The notes: generated by a model from the sequence alone, not told the origin. A DNA stretch of 64,000 nucleotides from Deltaproteobacteria bacterium (GCA_016234845.1 JACRNP010000090.1:3434-67433); one strand, 5' to 3'. Numbered from the stretch's first letter, positions 20,012 through 31,242 are shown. Program-made: numbers and translations.

Positions 20012-21391
20012 TCACAGGATGTAGCGGCTCAGGTCGGCGTCCTTCACGATCCCCGCGAGCCGGTCGTCCACGTATCGGCGCGTCACCACGACCTCGCTGC
20101 CGGATGCCTCCGGCGCCGAGAACAGCAGTTCGTCGAGAAGGCGCTCCATCATGGTGTGGAGGCGTCTCGCCCCGATGTTCTCGGTGCGGTCGTTCACTTC
20201 GCACCCCATCTCCGCGATCCGGTCGACCGCGCCCGGTTCGAACGAGAGCCGGACCCCCTCGGTCGCAAGCAAAGCCTCGTACTGCCGGAGGAGCGCTCCG
20301 TGCGGTTCCGTCAAGATCCTCACGAAATCCTCCTTCGTCAAGGAGGAAAGCTCCACCCGGATGGGGAACCGCCCCTGGAGCTCCGGGATCAGGTCGGACG
20401 GCTTGTTCACGTGAAACGCCCCGGCGGCGATGAACAGGATGTGGTCGGTCCGGACGACGCCGTACTTCGTGTTCACGCTGGACCCCTCGACGATCGGCAG
20501 CAGGTCCCGCTGCACCCCCTGCCGGGAGACGTCCGGCCCCCCGTGGGACTCCCTTCCGGCGATCTTGTCGATCTCGTCGAGGAACACGATGCCGGACTGT
20601 TCGGCCCGCTCCACCGCCAGCAGCTTCACCCGGTCCATGTCGACCCGCTTCGCCGCCTCCTCCTGTTCCAGGAAGCGGATGGCCTCCGGGACCTTCAGCC
20701 GCTTCCTCCGGGTCCGTTTCGGAAACAGGTTGGACAGCATCTCCTGGAGGTTCCCCTCCATCCCGTCCGGGGCGCCCCCCGCGACGCCCCCGAGTTCGAT
20801 CACGGGGAGAGACGCCTCCCGGACCTCCACCTCCACCGTCCGGTCCGCGAGCTTCCCCTGGCGAAGCATCGAACGGAACTTCTCCCGGGTCTCCGCCGAC
20901 CCGTCCGCCGCCGACGGCGAAACGGGATCGGCCGGGCGGGCGGGCACGCGCGGGAGAAGGAGGTCCAGGAGCCGCTCCTCGGCGTCGGCCCTCGCCCGGT
21001 CGGCGACCTTCTCCATCTCCTCCGCCCGCACCATCCGGACGGCGATCTCCGCGAGGTCGCGGACGATCGACTCGACGTCGCGCCCCACGTACCCCACCTC
21101 GGTGAACTTGGACGCCTCCACCTTGAGGAACGGGGCCTGGGCCAGCTTCGCCAGCCGCCGGGCGATCTCGGTCTTCCCGACCCCCGTCGGGCCGACCATG
21201 ATGATGTTCTTCGGCGCGATCTCGTCCCGCAGCTCGGGAGCCACCTGCTGCCGCCGCCACCGGTTGCGGAGAGCGATGGCGACCGCGCGCTTGGCGGCCC
21301 CCTGGCCGACGATGTGACGGTCGAGTTCCGAGACGATCTCCCGGGGAATCAGGTGCCGTTCCTGTCCGATCCCGGCCGTCTCCCGCGTCAC
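20012..21391 (-). CDS. hslU: ATP-dependent protease ATPase subunit HslU
   Basis: [42 protein letters not shown]. Confidence 0.97.
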   Translation of the reverse strand: MTRETAGIGQERHLIPREIVSELDRHIVGQGAAKRAVAIALRNRWRRQQVAPELRDEIAPKNIIMVGPTGVGKTEIARRLAKLAQAPFLKVEASKFTEVGYVGRDVESIVRDLAEIAVRMVRAEEMEKVADRARADAEERLLDLLLPRVPARPADPVSPSAADGSAETREKFRSMLRQGKLADRTVEVEVREASLPVIELGGVAGGAPDGMEGNLQEMLSNLFPKRTRRKRLKVPEAIRFLEQEEAAKRVDMDRVKLLAVERAEQSGIVFLDEIDKIAGRESHGGPDVSRQGVQRDLLPIVEGSSVNTKYGVVRTDHILFIAAGAFHVNKPSDLIPELQGRFPIRVELSSLTKEDFVRILTEPHGALLRQYEALLATEGVRLSFEPGAVDRIAEMGCEVNDRTENIGARRLHTMMERLLDELLFSAPEASGSEVVVTRRYVDDRLAGIVKDADLSRYIL

Positions 21392-21930
21392 GGCGCGTCG
21401 ATCTCCTCGGCGACGATGTTCGCGTTCGTGAAGACGCAGATCTCCGAGGCGACCCGGACCGCCTCCCGGGCGATTTCGCCGGCCGAAAGCGTCGTGTGGA
21501 GCAGGAGGGCGCGCGCCGCCGCGAGCGCGAACGATCCGCCGGAGCCGATGCCGATCACCCCGTCGTCGGGCTCGACCACGTCCCCGTTCCCGGACAGGAG
21601 CATCAGCTCCTTCCCGTCGGTGACCACCATCAGGGCCTCCAGCCGCCGAAGGACGCGGTCCGTCCGCCACTCCTTCGCCAGTTCGACCGCGGCCCGCCGC
21701 AGGTTTCCGCGGAACTCCGAGAGCTTCGCCTCGAACCGCTCGAAGAGGGTGAAAGCGTCCGCCGTGCCGCCGGCGAAGCCGGCGACCACCGCACCGTCAT
21801 GGAGCCGGCGGATCTTCCGGGCCGTCTGCTTCAGAACCGCGTTCCCCATCGTCACCTGCCCGTCCCCGGCCAGGGCGACTTTCCCGCCGCGCGAAACGGC
21901 GACGATGGTGGTTCCCTGGAACGGGATCAT
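21388..21930 (-). CDS. hslV: ATP-dependent protease peptidase subunit HslV
   Basis: [30 protein letters not shown]. Confidence 0.97.
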   Translation of the reverse strand: MIPFQGTTIVAVSRGGKVALAGDGQVTMGNAVLKQTARKIRRLHDGAVVAGFAGGTADAFTLFERFEAKLSEFRGNLRRAAVELAKEWRTDRVLRRLEALMVVTDGKELMLLSGNGDVVEPDDGVIGIGSGGSFALAAARALLLHTTLSAGEIAREAVRVASEICVFTNANIVAEEIDAP

Positions 21931-22898
21931 TCGTCCTTTCCCCCGGAGCGGCGCCGCGACTTCGCGGCCGCAAGCGGATGCGCCTTCCCGTAGGCCCCCG
22001 TCAGGTGGCTCACGTCGACCCTCGCGTACCGCTGGGTCGTCGAGAGCGACGAATGGCCCAGCATCTCCTGGATCGCGCGCAGGTCGGCCCCCGACTCGAG
22101 CAGGTGCGTCGCGAAGGAGTGCCGCATCCCGTGCGGGGAGAGGCGGCGACCGACATTCCCGTCCGCGATCGCGCGCTCCAGCATCCTCGCCACGCTGCGC
22201 GCCGAGATCCCTCCGCCCGATTTCCCGCCGACCTTCCCGCTCCGGTTCAGGAAGAGCGGTTCCTCCGATGCGTCCCGGAAATCGCCGCCGAGAGCGGCCG
22301 GTCGCACCGCGAGGTACTCCTTCAATGCGTGGACCGCCTTTGCTCCCACGGGGACCACCCGCGTCTTCCTCCCCTTCCCGGTAACGCGGACCGTCCCGCC
22401 CTCGAGGGACACGTCCCGCAACCGGAGGGCGACCAGTTCCCCGACCCGCAGTCCCGAGGAGTAGAGCAGTTCGAGGATCGCGGCGTTCCGCTTCGACGGC
22501 GGGTCGTCCGCCGGGAGGGAGGCGAGGAACCCTCCCATCTGGTCCACGGGCAGGAACTCCGGAAGCCGGGCCGGTCGCCGGGGAGCCGACAGCCCCGTCG
22601 CGGGATTCGCCCGGATCTCCCCCAGCGAAACCAGGAAGGAGAAGAAGGTCCGGACCGCGGACAACCTGCGGGCGGCCGTGGACGGCTCGCACCCCGCGAT
22701 GGCTTCGGTGAGGAACCGCCGGACGTCCGCCGGCGTGACCCGGTCCCACCCCCCGGGGTCGGGATCGGAGCCGGTCGACGCAGCGACGTGTTCGCGGAGG
22801 GAGCGAACCTCGCGAAGGTAGGCGCGGACGGTTTCCTTCGACGCGTTCCGCTCCGCCTCGAGAGCCTTGCGAAACCTCTGGACCGCCCCCTCACCCAC
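21927..22898 (-). CDS. xerC: Tyrosine recombinase XerC
   Basis: [43 protein letters not shown]; canonical position upstream of hslVU. Confidence 0.92.
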   Translation of the reverse strand: MGEGAVQRFRKALEAERNASKETVRAYLREVRSLREHVAASTGSDPDPGGWDRVTPADVRRFLTEAIAGCEPSTAARRLSAVRTFFSFLVSLGEIRANPATGLSAPRRPARLPEFLPVDQMGGFLASLPADDPPSKRNAAILELLYSSGLRVGELVALRLRDVSLEGGTVRVTGKGRKTRVVPVGAKAVHALKEYLAVRPAALGGDFRDASEEPLFLNRSGKVGGKSGGGISARSVARMLERAIADGNVGRRLSPHGMRHSFATHLLESGADLRAIQEMLGHSSLSTTQRYARVDVSHLTGAYGKAHPLAAAKSRRRSGGKDE

Positions 22899-22983
22899 CG
22901 TGGCGCTTCCCCCGCACCGGAAAAGAGTTTTTTAACACTTCCGCCGTTCCCGATCAAGGTCCGGAAAGGGGATTCGGGAGGGA

Positions 22984-24180
22984 TCACTCCGCCCGGATTT
23001 CCGGGGGTCGCGGCCGGGATACCCGGTTCCTGCCGGTCTCCTTCGCGTGGTACAGGGCCGCGTCCGCGATGCGCACCAGCTCCGAGAAGCTCTCACCGTC
23101 CTGCGGGTAGGTGGCGACGCCCCCGCTGACCGTGATCCGGACGGGCTCGGGCACTCCCGGAAGGGCGAACGGAGTCGACTCGAGCGCGGCGCGAAGCCGG
23201 TCGGCGTGGAGGAACACCTGCTCGGCGTCGAGGGACGAGACCATCAGCGCGAACTCCTCGCCGCCGTACCGGACCACCGCGTCGGAGCTTCGCGTGGCGT
23301 CCCGGAGGAACGAGGCGAGCTGCCGGAGGACCGCGTCCCCCGCGGGGTGGCCGTACCGGTCGTTGATCGACTTGAAGTGGTCGATGTCGAACAGGATGAA
23401 CGACAGCGGAAGGGCGTAGCTGCGCGCCCGCCGCATCTCGACCACGCACCGCTCGGCGAGGTAGGCGCGGTTGTGGAGGCCGGTCAGCGGGTCGGTCATC
23501 GCCCGCTGCTCGAGCGTCTCGATCGCCAGCGCGCTCTGGAACGCGTTCGCGATCAGGTCGGCGAGCATGGACGCGTACCGCCGTTCCTGCTCCAGGTCGA
23601 CCGTCACGCCCGCCACGACCATGACGGCCACCACGGTGTCCTCGACGACGACGGGGAGGACCGCGTCCGGGACCATTCCGGCGCGCTCCAGCCCCGACAG
23701 GTCCGAAAGGCCTCGCAGGGCGGCGTGCTCCTGCCGAAGGACGAGCACCTTGTTCGCCATCGCCAGGGCGAGGATCCCCTCCCCGGGGGAGACGCGAAGC
23801 GACTGCTTCCACGCGGGGGGAACCCCGACGCCTTCCGTGAGGACGAGGTTGCCGTCCTTCGCGACCCGGAGGAAGGCGATCTGCGCGGGCTTGAAGAACT
23901 CCTTCACCAGGCGGACCGCGAGCCGCGGGAGGGCCGTGTGGGGCTGCCGTTCCCCGAGGCGGCGCACGATCGAAGGGATCAGCACCGCGATCTCCGTTTC
24001 GCGCGCCTTTCCCTCCTGGTGGTGCTGGAGCCCGCGTTGGACCTCGCGATTCTCCGCCCGCCGCGCCCGCAGCTCCGCTTCCTTCTTCCGGAGCTCGACG
24101 GCCTGGATCGCCCAGCCGACCACGGCCCCCGCCGCGAAGAACACGGCGCAGGCGATCACCGCCGCCATCGCGACCAGCAA
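22984..24180 (-). CDS. Membrane-anchored GAF-like + GGDEF diguanylate cyclase
   Basis: N-terminal TM helix, DPLTGLHNR, DIDHFKSINDRYGH, RSSD I-site, GGEEF. Confidence 0.92.
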   Translation of the reverse strand: MLVAMAAVIACAVFFAAGAVVGWAIQAVELRKKEAELRARRAENREVQRGLQHHQEGKARETEIAVLIPSIVRRLGERQPHTALPRLAVRLVKEFFKPAQIAFLRVAKDGNLVLTEGVGVPPAWKQSLRVSPGEGILALAMANKVLVLRQEHAALRGLSDLSGLERAGMVPDAVLPVVVEDTVVAVMVVAGVTVDLEQERRYASMLADLIANAFQSALAIETLEQRAMTDPLTGLHNRAYLAERCVVEMRRARSYALPLSFILFDIDHFKSINDRYGHPAGDAVLRQLASFLRDATRSSDAVVRYGGEEFALMVSSLDAEQVFLHADRLRAALESTPFALPGVPEPVRITVSGGVATYPQDGESFSELVRIADAALYHAKETGRNRVSRPRPPEIRAE

Positions 24181-24183
24181 CCG

Positions 24184-25512
24184 TTATCCTCCTTCCGCGC
24201 GAAACGCCGGGCAGGACCCCGCGAACCTCCGGGCCGCCTCCAGCGCGATTTCCGCCTTGCGCTCCTTCCGGTCCCTCTTCCTCCGCGCCGGCACCTCCGG
24301 GAGGAGACCGAAATTCGCGTTCATCGGCTGGGGCTCCCCGCTCCCCGGCGTCGTGATGTGCGCCATCAGGGCGCCGATCATCGTCTCCGGCGGAAAGGGG
24401 ACCGGTTCCTCTCCGCGCGCGCGCCGCCCGGCGGAAATCGCCGCGACCAGGCCGGAGGCGATCGACTCCACGTACCCCTCGACGCCCGTGATCTGTCCCG
24501 CGAAGAACAGCCCGCGACGATGCCGCGATTCCATCCAGGGATGGAGGTGGCGACGGGCGTCGAGAAAACCGTTGCGGTGGACCGAACCGTGCCGCAGGAA
24601 GGTCGCGCCGGACAACCCCGGGATCATCGAGAAGACCCGCTCCTGCTCGGGGTACGCGAGCCGCGTCTGGAACCCGACGAGATTATACATCGTGCCCGCC
24701 GCGTTCTCCTTGCGAAGCTGGACGACCGCGTGCGGGATCCTCCCCGTCCGGGGGTCGGGGAGGCCGACCGGCCGCAACGGACCGTAGAGGAGGGTTTCCG
24801 GTCCGCGACGCGCCATCTCCTCCACCGGCATGCACCCTTCGAAGAATTTCGGGTCCTCGAACTCCCGCAGGGGGACCGTCCGCGCCGAGAGGAGGGCCCG
24901 GAGGAACGCGTCGTACTGTCCGCGGTCCATCGGGAGATTCAGATAATCGCCCGTCCCCGCGCCGTATCGGTCCGCCACGTAGGACGCGCTTCGATCGATC
25001 GACTCCGCGTCCACGATCGGCGAGATCGCGTCGTAAAAATGGAATCCCCCGTCTCCCAGGTGGGCGCGGATCGCCTCCGCGATGGATCCGGACGCGAGGG
25101 GGCCGCACGCCAGGACGACCAGGGGGTCCCCCGGGATCTCCGTCGCCTCCCGCTCCCGGACGACGATCGCGCGCCGCGAGCGGACCGCGGCGGTGACGTT
25201 CCGCGCGAACAGCTCGCGGTCCACCGCGAGCGCCTTGCCGGCGGGGACCCTCGCCGGATCCGCCAGCGTCATCAGGCGCGAGCCGAGGATGCGGAGCTCC
25301 TCCTTGAGGAGCCCCTTGCCCGACGACCGCTCCTCGGACCCCAGGGAGTTGCTGCAGACCAGCTCCCCGAACCACCCGGTCCGGTGCGCTTCCGTGCCGC
25401 GCGACGGGCGCATCTCGATGAGCGTGACCGGGATCCCGGCGTCCGCGAGGAGAAGCGCCGCCTCCGATCCGGCGAGGCCGGCCCCCACGACCGTCACGGC
25501 GGCGTCAGGCAC
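24184..25512 (-). CDS. trmFO: tRNA (uracil54-C5)-methyltransferase TrmFO
   Basis: GAGLAGSEAA, ELVCSNSL, FEGCMPVE, AGQITGVEGY, QPMNANFG. Confidence 0.96.
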   Translation of the reverse strand: MPDAAVTVVGAGLAGSEAALLLADAGIPVTLIEMRPSRGTEAHRTGWFGELVCSNSLGSEERSSGKGLLKEELRILGSRLMTLADPARVPAGKALAVDRELFARNVTAAVRSRRAIVVREREATEIPGDPLVVLACGPLASGSIAEAIRAHLGDGGFHFYDAISPIVDAESIDRSASYVADRYGAGTGDYLNLPMDRGQYDAFLRALLSARTVPLREFEDPKFFEGCMPVEEMARRGPETLLYGPLRPVGLPDPRTGRIPHAVVQLRKENAAGTMYNLVGFQTRLAYPEQERVFSMIPGLSGATFLRHGSVHRNGFLDARRHLHPWMESRHRRGLFFAGQITGVEGYVESIASGLVAAISAGRRARGEEPVPFPPETMIGALMAHITTPGSGEPQPMNANFGLLPEVPARRKRDRKERKAEIALEAARRFAGSCPAFRAEGG

Positions 25513-27169
25513 CGCGGCCCCCCTCCCGCAGCGAGGGGAGGAAGACGGAAAAGGTGCTTCCGCCGCCCGGCGTGGATCGCACCTCGATGAACCCCTTGTG
25601 GAAGTGCACGATCCGCTGCGAGATGGAAAGTCCGAGCCCCGTGCCGCCCTCCTTGGTCGTGAAGAAGGGGTTGAAGATCCTGTCCAGGTTCCTCGGTTCG
25701 ATCCCCTCGCCGGAATCGGAGACCGTCGCGGCGACGTACCGGACTCCGTGGCGGATCTGCTCGAACACGTCCACCCGGATGCGGCCCCCCGCCGGCGTCG
25801 CCTGGACGGCGTTCCGCACCAGGTTCCACGCCACCTGCGTGAGCTGCTCCGCGTCCCCTTCCACCGGGAGCTCGCCCGCGCCCAGGAATTCGACCGTCAC
25901 GCCCTTCCCGCGCCCCTCCCCCGCGCGGACCGCCTCCACCACGTCCTTCATCAGCGTCCCCAGGTCGACCGGGCCGGTGTTTCGGAGCGAGTGACCCGTG
26001 TAGGCGAGGAAATCGGAGATCAGCCCGTTCAGCCGCTTCGTCTCCCGCTCGATGATCTCCAGGAGCGTGGCCGCTTCCCCGGGCACCTCGGGAGAATCCC
26101 GGAGGAGCTGGGAAGAGCCCGCGATGGAGGCGAGCGGGTTGCGGATCTCGTGGGCGAGCCCCGCGGCGAGCTCCCCGACGCCCGCCAGCCGGTCCGCGAT
26201 CCGCACGCGCTCCTCCATCTGCTTGATGGGGGTCAGGTCCTGGAAGATGACCACGCGGCCGATCGTGCGGCCTTCGGCGTCCTTCATCGGGGAGGAGGAG
26301 AAACCTAGGTAGATCTCCGAGCCGTCGGATCGCCGGAACCGCGTCTCGGGACGGGGCGCCGGGGAATCCTCCTTCCCCTCGCCCCCGTCGATCCCGGAGA
26401 AGATCCGGTTCAACGGGGTTCCGGTGGCCTCCTCCCGGGTCACGCCCAGGATCGAACAGGCCGCGTCGTTCAGCAGGCTCACCATCCCCCCGGTATCGGT
26501 CGTCAGGATCCCGGAGGGGATGTTGTCGATCACGTTCTTGTGGAACGTCTCGAGCTTCAGGATGACCTCGTCCCGGTCCTGGACGCGCTGCTTTCCCCTC
26601 CGGATGTCCTCGCCGAGAAGTCCGGAGAGAACGCCGGTGAGGAGGAACCCGGTCGAGTGGGTCACCCCGGAACGGACGACCTGCGACAGGACGATCGACG
26701 CTTCCTCCGTCCCCGGGGGAACGACGATCCCGCGGAACTGGAGGTACACGAGGAGGGAGAACGCGGACGACGAGAGGACCGCCCACGCCACGGCCCCCCG
26801 CATGTACCGTTCGAGGCTGCCGAGGAGGATGACCACCACGTACATGAAGGAGAAGATGCTGTCGTACCCGCCGGTCGCGAAGACGAGAATCGAGATGAAC
26901 GCGACGTCCGCCAGCGCCTGGGCGTAGATGAACGGTTCGGGGAGATCGGTGCCTCCCCAGACGGCGTATCGGATGAGGAGCCAGCCGTAGGACAGCAGCA
27001 CGGCGAGATACAGGAACTGGAACCCCCCCGTGAAGAGGAGGTCCGGGGAGCGGAACTGCACCGACACCACGGACGAAAGGAGCGCGAAGCTGATCCCGGA
27101 TCGGACCAGGAGGAAATTCCGCCCTCCCGGCCCCCGACCCACGCGTCCCTCTCCGGGGACACGGGGCAA
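25505..27169 (-). CDS. pilS: Type IV pilus sensor histidine kinase PilS-like (TM, PAS, HisKA, HATPase)
   Basis: Multiple TM helices, AHEIRNPL, NLVRNA, PFFTTK, GTGLGL; follows pilC. Confidence 0.85.
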   Translation of the reverse strand: MPRVPGEGRVGRGPGGRNFLLVRSGISFALLSSVVSVQFRSPDLLFTGGFQFLYLAVLLSYGWLLIRYAVWGGTDLPEPFIYAQALADVAFISILVFATGGYDSIFSFMYVVVILLGSLERYMRGAVAWAVLSSSAFSLLVYLQFRGIVVPPGTEEASIVLSQVVRSGVTHSTGFLLTGVLSGLLGEDIRRGKQRVQDRDEVILKLETFHKNVIDNIPSGILTTDTGGMVSLLNDAACSILGVTREEATGTPLNRIFSGIDGGEGKEDSPAPRPETRFRRSDGSEIYLGFSSSPMKDAEGRTIGRVVIFQDLTPIKQMEERVRIADRLAGVGELAAGLAHEIRNPLASIAGSSQLLRDSPEVPGEAATLLEIIERETKRLNGLISDFLAYTGHSLRNTGPVDLGTLMKDVVEAVRAGEGRGKGVTVEFLGAGELPVEGDAEQLTQVAWNLVRNAVQATPAGGRIRVDVFEQIRHGVRYVAATVSDSGEGIEPRNLDRIFNPFFTTKEGGTGLGLSISQRIVHFHKGFIEVRSTPGGGSTFSVFLPSLREGGRGA

Positions 27170-27179
27170 CGGCTGCCGC

Positions 27180-28394
27180 CTATCCGATGGTCCCGGCCAG
27201 CTTGAAGACCGGCAGGTACATCGCGATGACGAGTCCGCCGATGACCACCCCGAGGAAGACCATCAGCATCGGTTCGAGCAGCGAGGTGAGCGCCTCCACC
27301 GCGGAGTCGACCTCTTCGTCGTAGAAATCGGCGATCTTGTTCAGCATCGCGTCGAGCGCGCCGGTCGCCTCTCCCACCGCGACCATCTGGGTGACCATCG
27401 GCGGGAAGACGTTGCTCTCGGCCAGCGGCTCCGCGATGGTCTTCCCCTCGCTGATGCTGCCCCGCGCCTTGAAGATCGCGTCCTCGATGATCTTGTTCCC
27501 CGCGGTCTTCGCGACGATGTCCATGCTCTCCAGGATGGGCACGCCGCTGCTCACCATCGTCCCCAAAGTCCTCGAGAAGCGGGCCACCGCGATCCGCTGC
27601 AGCAGGGAGCCGACGACGGGAAGCCGCAGCAGGAGGCGGTCGACGTTCCGGCGGCCGGACTCCTGCCGCACGTACCACTTGAAGGCCGCGCCGATCAGGA
27701 ACACCACCGCGATGAAGACGAAGAAATATTTCCGGGTGATGTCGCTCAGCCGGAGCACGATCTGGGTGGGCGCCGGGAGCGCCTGGCCGAAATCGGCGAA
27801 CATCTTCGCGAAGATCGGGATGACGTAGAGGAGCAGGACCACGGTGACGACGACGGCCACGGCGACGATCGTGGACGGGTACACCATCGCCCCCTTGATC
27901 TTCTTGGCGAGCTTCATCGCCTTCTCGATGTGCTCCGCGAGGCGGGAGAGGATCGTGTCGAGGATGCCGCCCACCTCCCCGGCGGCGACCAGGTTGACGA
28001 AGAGGGCGTCGAACACCTTCGGGTGTTTCCCCAGCGCGTCGGCGAACGTGGAGCCGCTCTCCACGTCCTCCTTGACCCGCACGATCACCTTCTTGAAGGA
28101 CGGATTCTCCTGCTGCGCGCCCAGGATGTCCAGGCATTGGACCAGCGGGAGCCCCGCGTCGATCATCGTGGCGAACTGCCGGGTGAAGATGGCCAGCTCC
28201 TTCTGCGAGATCTTCTTCTCCCCCTTCCACGGAAGGGAGATCGCCAGCCCTTCGCCCTTCTTGCGGATCTTGATCGGGGCGATCTGGTCCCGGCGAAGCT
28301 GCGCGAGGACGAACGCCTCGTTGGGAGCTTCGATCTCCCCGGTCACCGTTCCGCCGCCGCGGTTCCTTCCTTCCCACGTGAATCGAGCCATCAT
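27180..28394 (-). CDS. pilC: Type IV pilus platform protein PilC
   Basis: FTRQFATMIDAGLPLVQCL, AGEVGGILD, GEATGALD, AMYLPVF. Confidence 0.95.
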   Translation of the reverse strand: MMARFTWEGRNRGGGTVTGEIEAPNEAFVLAQLRRDQIAPIKIRKKGEGLAISLPWKGEKKISQKELAIFTRQFATMIDAGLPLVQCLDILGAQQENPSFKKVIVRVKEDVESGSTFADALGKHPKVFDALFVNLVAAGEVGGILDTILSRLAEHIEKAMKLAKKIKGAMVYPSTIVAVAVVVTVVLLLYVIPIFAKMFADFGQALPAPTQIVLRLSDITRKYFFVFIAVVFLIGAAFKWYVRQESGRRNVDRLLLRLPVVGSLLQRIAVARFSRTLGTMVSSGVPILESMDIVAKTAGNKIIEDAIFKARGSISEGKTIAEPLAESNVFPPMVTQMVAVGEATGALDAMLNKIADFYDEEVDSAVEALTSLLEPMLMVFLGVVIGGLVIAMYLPVFKLAGTIG

Positions 28395-28421
28395 CTCCTC
28401 CGTCGCGTTGAAGAAACGGTT

Positions 28422-29519
28422 CTACGCCCTGCGCCCGGCCCCGGGAGGGGCGCTCTGCGCGGTGGTCAGCAGGTTGCGGAATTCGTCCGGATCGTTGCTG
28501 CGTCCGACCGCGTCGTCGAGCGTGATCTCCCGACGCATGTAGCAGCCCAGCAGGGACTGGTTCATGGTCTGCATCCCGAACTTCGTCTGTCCCACCTGCA
28601 TCTGGGAGTAGATCTGGTGGACCTTCTCCTCCCGGATGAGGTTCCGGATGGCCGGGTTGGGGATCATCACCTCCAGCGCCAGCACCCGCCCCGATCCGTT
28701 CGCCCGCGGGATGAGGATCTGGGAGATGACCCCTTCCAGGACGAACGAGAGCTGCGCGCGGACCTGCGGCTGCTGGTACGGCGGAAACACGTCGAGGATC
28801 CGGTTGATCGTCTGGACGCACGAGTTGGTGTGGAGCGTGGCGAACACGAGGTGCCCGGTCTCCGCCACGGTGAGCGCCGCCTCGATCGTCTCCAGGTCCC
28901 GCATCTCGCCGATCAGCACGACGTCGGGATCCTGCCGGAGGATGTACTTCAGCGCCTTCTTGAAGGTCTGCGTGTCCGCGTTGACCTCCCGCTGGTTCAC
29001 GAGGCACTTCTTGTGCGGGTGGAGGTATTCGATCGGGTCCTCGATCGTGATGATGTGCTCCTGCCGCTCGTTGTTGATCTTGTCGAGCATCGCGGCGAGG
29101 GTCGTGGATTTCCCCGACCCGGTCGGCCCGGTGATCAGCACCAGCCCGCGCGGCTTCTTGCAGAGGTCCTTCATCACGGCCGGCAGCCCCAGTTCCTCGA
29201 ACGGACGGACCCGGAACGGGATCGTCCGGAACGCCCCGGCGCACGCGCCGCGCTGCATGTACACGTTGGCGCGGAACCGCGACAGCCCCTTCACGCCGAA
29301 CGACAGGTCGAGCTCCCAATCCTCCTCGAACCGCTGCTTCTGCGCCTCGGTGAGGATGCTGTAGCACAGCCGCTTGGTGTCCTGCGGCATCAGCGGCTCG
29401 AAGGGCAGCGGGATGAGGCGGCCGTCGACCCGGATCGTCGGGGCGATCCCGGTGGTCAGGTGGAGATCGGACGCCCCCTTCTCGTACATCAACCCGAGAA
29501 GCTCCTGCATCGTTACCAT
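28422..29519 (-). CDS. pilT: Type IV pilus retraction ATPase PilT
   Basis: GPTGSGKSTT, TIEDPIE, LRQDPD, AIRNLIRE, GMQTM. Confidence 0.96.
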   Translation of the reverse strand: MVTMQELLGLMYEKGASDLHLTTGIAPTIRVDGRLIPLPFEPLMPQDTKRLCYSILTEAQKQRFEEDWELDLSFGVKGLSRFRANVYMQRGACAGAFRTIPFRVRPFEELGLPAVMKDLCKKPRGLVLITGPTGSGKSTTLAAMLDKINNERQEHIITIEDPIEYLHPHKKCLVNQREVNADTQTFKKALKYILRQDPDVVLIGEMRDLETIEAALTVAETGHLVFATLHTNSCVQTINRILDVFPPYQQPQVRAQLSFVLEGVISQILIPRANGSGRVLALEVMIPNPAIRNLIREEKVHQIYSQMQVGQTKFGMQTMNQSLLGCYMRREITLDDAVGRSNDPDEFRNLLTTAQSAPPGAGRRA

Positions 29520-29544
29520 CCGCGGTGCTCCTTTCCCTGCAGGA

Positions 29545-31242
29545 TCAATCCGGGGCGGTCACCCGGAGCACTTCCTCCAGGGTGGTCACGCCCTCCTCCA
29601 GTTTCGACAATCCCGACTGGCGCAGGGTCTTCATCCCCACGCGCACCGCCTCCCGCTTGATGTCCAGGGCCGATCCGCCCCGCAGGATCAGGTCCTTCAG
29701 CTCTTCCTTGATCGGCATGACCTCGTAGAGGGCGACCCGGCCCCGGAACCCGGTCCCGTTGCATTCGTCGCACCCCTTCCCCTTCCCCGGGCGCGAATGC
29801 CGGATCCGATCCGGATTCATCCCGGCGTCGATCAGCGCCTTGGGGGGAATCTTGAGGTCCTCGCGGCACTTCGCGCAGACCCGCCGGGCGAGCCGCTGCG
29901 CGACGATGAGGTTCAGCGACGAGGACACGAGGAACGGCTCGATCCCCATGTTGAGCAGCCGGGTCACCGTGCTCGGGGCGTCGTTCGTGTGGAGCGTGGA
30001 GAGCACGAGGTGGCCGGTCAAGGCCGCCTTCACGGCGATCTCCGCGGTCTCGTAGTCGCGGATCTCGCCCACCATGATGATGTCCGGGTCCTGCCGCAGG
30101 AAGGAGCGCAGCGCCGCCGCGAACGTGAGGCCGATCTCCTCCTTCATCTGGACCTGGTTGATCCCGGCGAAGTTGTACTCCACCGGGTCCTCCGCGGTCG
30201 AGATGTTGTCGGTGGTCTTGTTCAGGTCCGAAAGGGCCGAGTAGAGCGTCGTGGTCTTCCCCGATCCCGTGGGGCCGGTGACCAGGATCATCCCGTACGG
30301 GCGGTGGATCGATTCCATGAACTCGCCCAGCGCGGCCGCCTCGAATCCCAGCCTCGTCATGTCGAGCTGCAGGTTCGCCTTGTCGAGGAGCCGCAGGACG
30401 ATCTTCTCCCCGTAGATGGTCGGGAGAACCGATACGCGGAAGTCCATCTCCCGCCCCTTGCCGACCTTCATCTTGATGCGCCCGTCCTGGGGGAGGCGGC
30501 GTTCCGCGATGTCGAGGGACGACATGATCTTGAGCCGCGAGGAAAGGGCGTTCCGGAGGCGGAGCGGGGGCCGCATCACCTCGTACAGGACCCCGTCGAT
30601 CCGGTACCGGACCCGGAACTCCTTCTCGTACGGCTCGATGTGGATGTCGGACGCCCTCCGCTTGATCGCCTCGGTGAGGAGGTAGTTCGCCAGCTTCACG
30701 ACCGGCGCGTCGTCGACGCCCCGCTCGAGGTCCGCGGTGTCGACCTCTTCCTCGCGGATGACCTCGAGATCCTCGTCGAGCTCCGAGATGATGTCCTTGA
30801 ACTCCATCGAACGGTCGAAGAACTTGTTGATGGCCGCGGTGATGTCCCGCTCCGACGCCAGCACGAGCTCGACCGAATATCCCGTCTTGAAGCCGATCCC
30901 GTCGATGATCGCCATGTTCGACGGGTCCGCCACGGCGACGATCATCTTCGCCCCGACGCGGTTGATGGGGAGCGCGAGGTGCTTCTGGACCATCTCCTCG
31001 GGAAGCAGCCGGACGACATCGGGATTCACCTCGTACTTGGCGAGATCCACGACGGGCAGGTTGAACTGGCGCCCGAGAAACGCCAGGAGCTCCTCCTCCT
31101 TGATGTACCCGCCCTTGATCAGAACGGCGCCGATGCGCTCCCGGGTCTTCTCCTGGGTCTCGAGAGCGCTGCGCAGCTGTTCGGCGGTGATGAGATTCCC
31201 TTTGAGGAGCATCTCGCCGATTTTCGTGGCAAGCACCGACAC
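29545..31242 (-). CDS. pilB: Type IV pilus assembly ATPase PilB
   Basis: N-terminal MshEN-like KIGEMLL, ASDIHIEP, GPTGSGKTTT, Zn-binding Cys pairs. Confidence 0.96.
   Translation of the reverse strand: MSVLATKIGEMLLKGNLITAEQLRSALETQEKTRERIGAVLIKGGYIKEEELLAFLGRQFNLPVVDLAKYEVNPDVVRLLPEEMVQKHLALPINRVGAKMIVAVADPSNMAIIDGIGFKTGYSVELVLASERDITAAINKFFDRSMEFKDIISELDEDLEVIREEEVDTADLERGVDDAPVVKLANYLLTEAIKRRASDIHIEPYEKEFRVRYRIDGVLYEVMRPPLRLRNALSSRLKIMSSLDIAERRLPQDGRIKMKVGKGREMDFRVSVLPTIYGEKIVLRLLDKANLQLDMTRLGFEAAALGEFMESIHRPYGMILVTGPTGSGKTTTLYSALSDLNKTTDNISTAEDPVEYNFAGINQVQMKEEIGLTFAAALRSFLRQDPDIIMVGEIRDYETAEIAVKAALTGHLVLSTLHTNDAPSTVTRLLNMGIEPFLVSSSLNLIVAQRLARRVCAKCREDLKIPPKALIDAGMNPDRIRHSRPGKGKGCDECNGTGFRGRVALYEVMPIKEELKDLILRGGSALDIKREAVRVGMKTLRQSGLSKLEEGVTTLEEVLRVTAPD

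Noticed and set aside
21927..22898. Tyrosine recombinase as a prophage/ICE integrase
   Set aside because: XerC-like sequence in the canonical xerC-hslV-hslU context, with no mobile cargo
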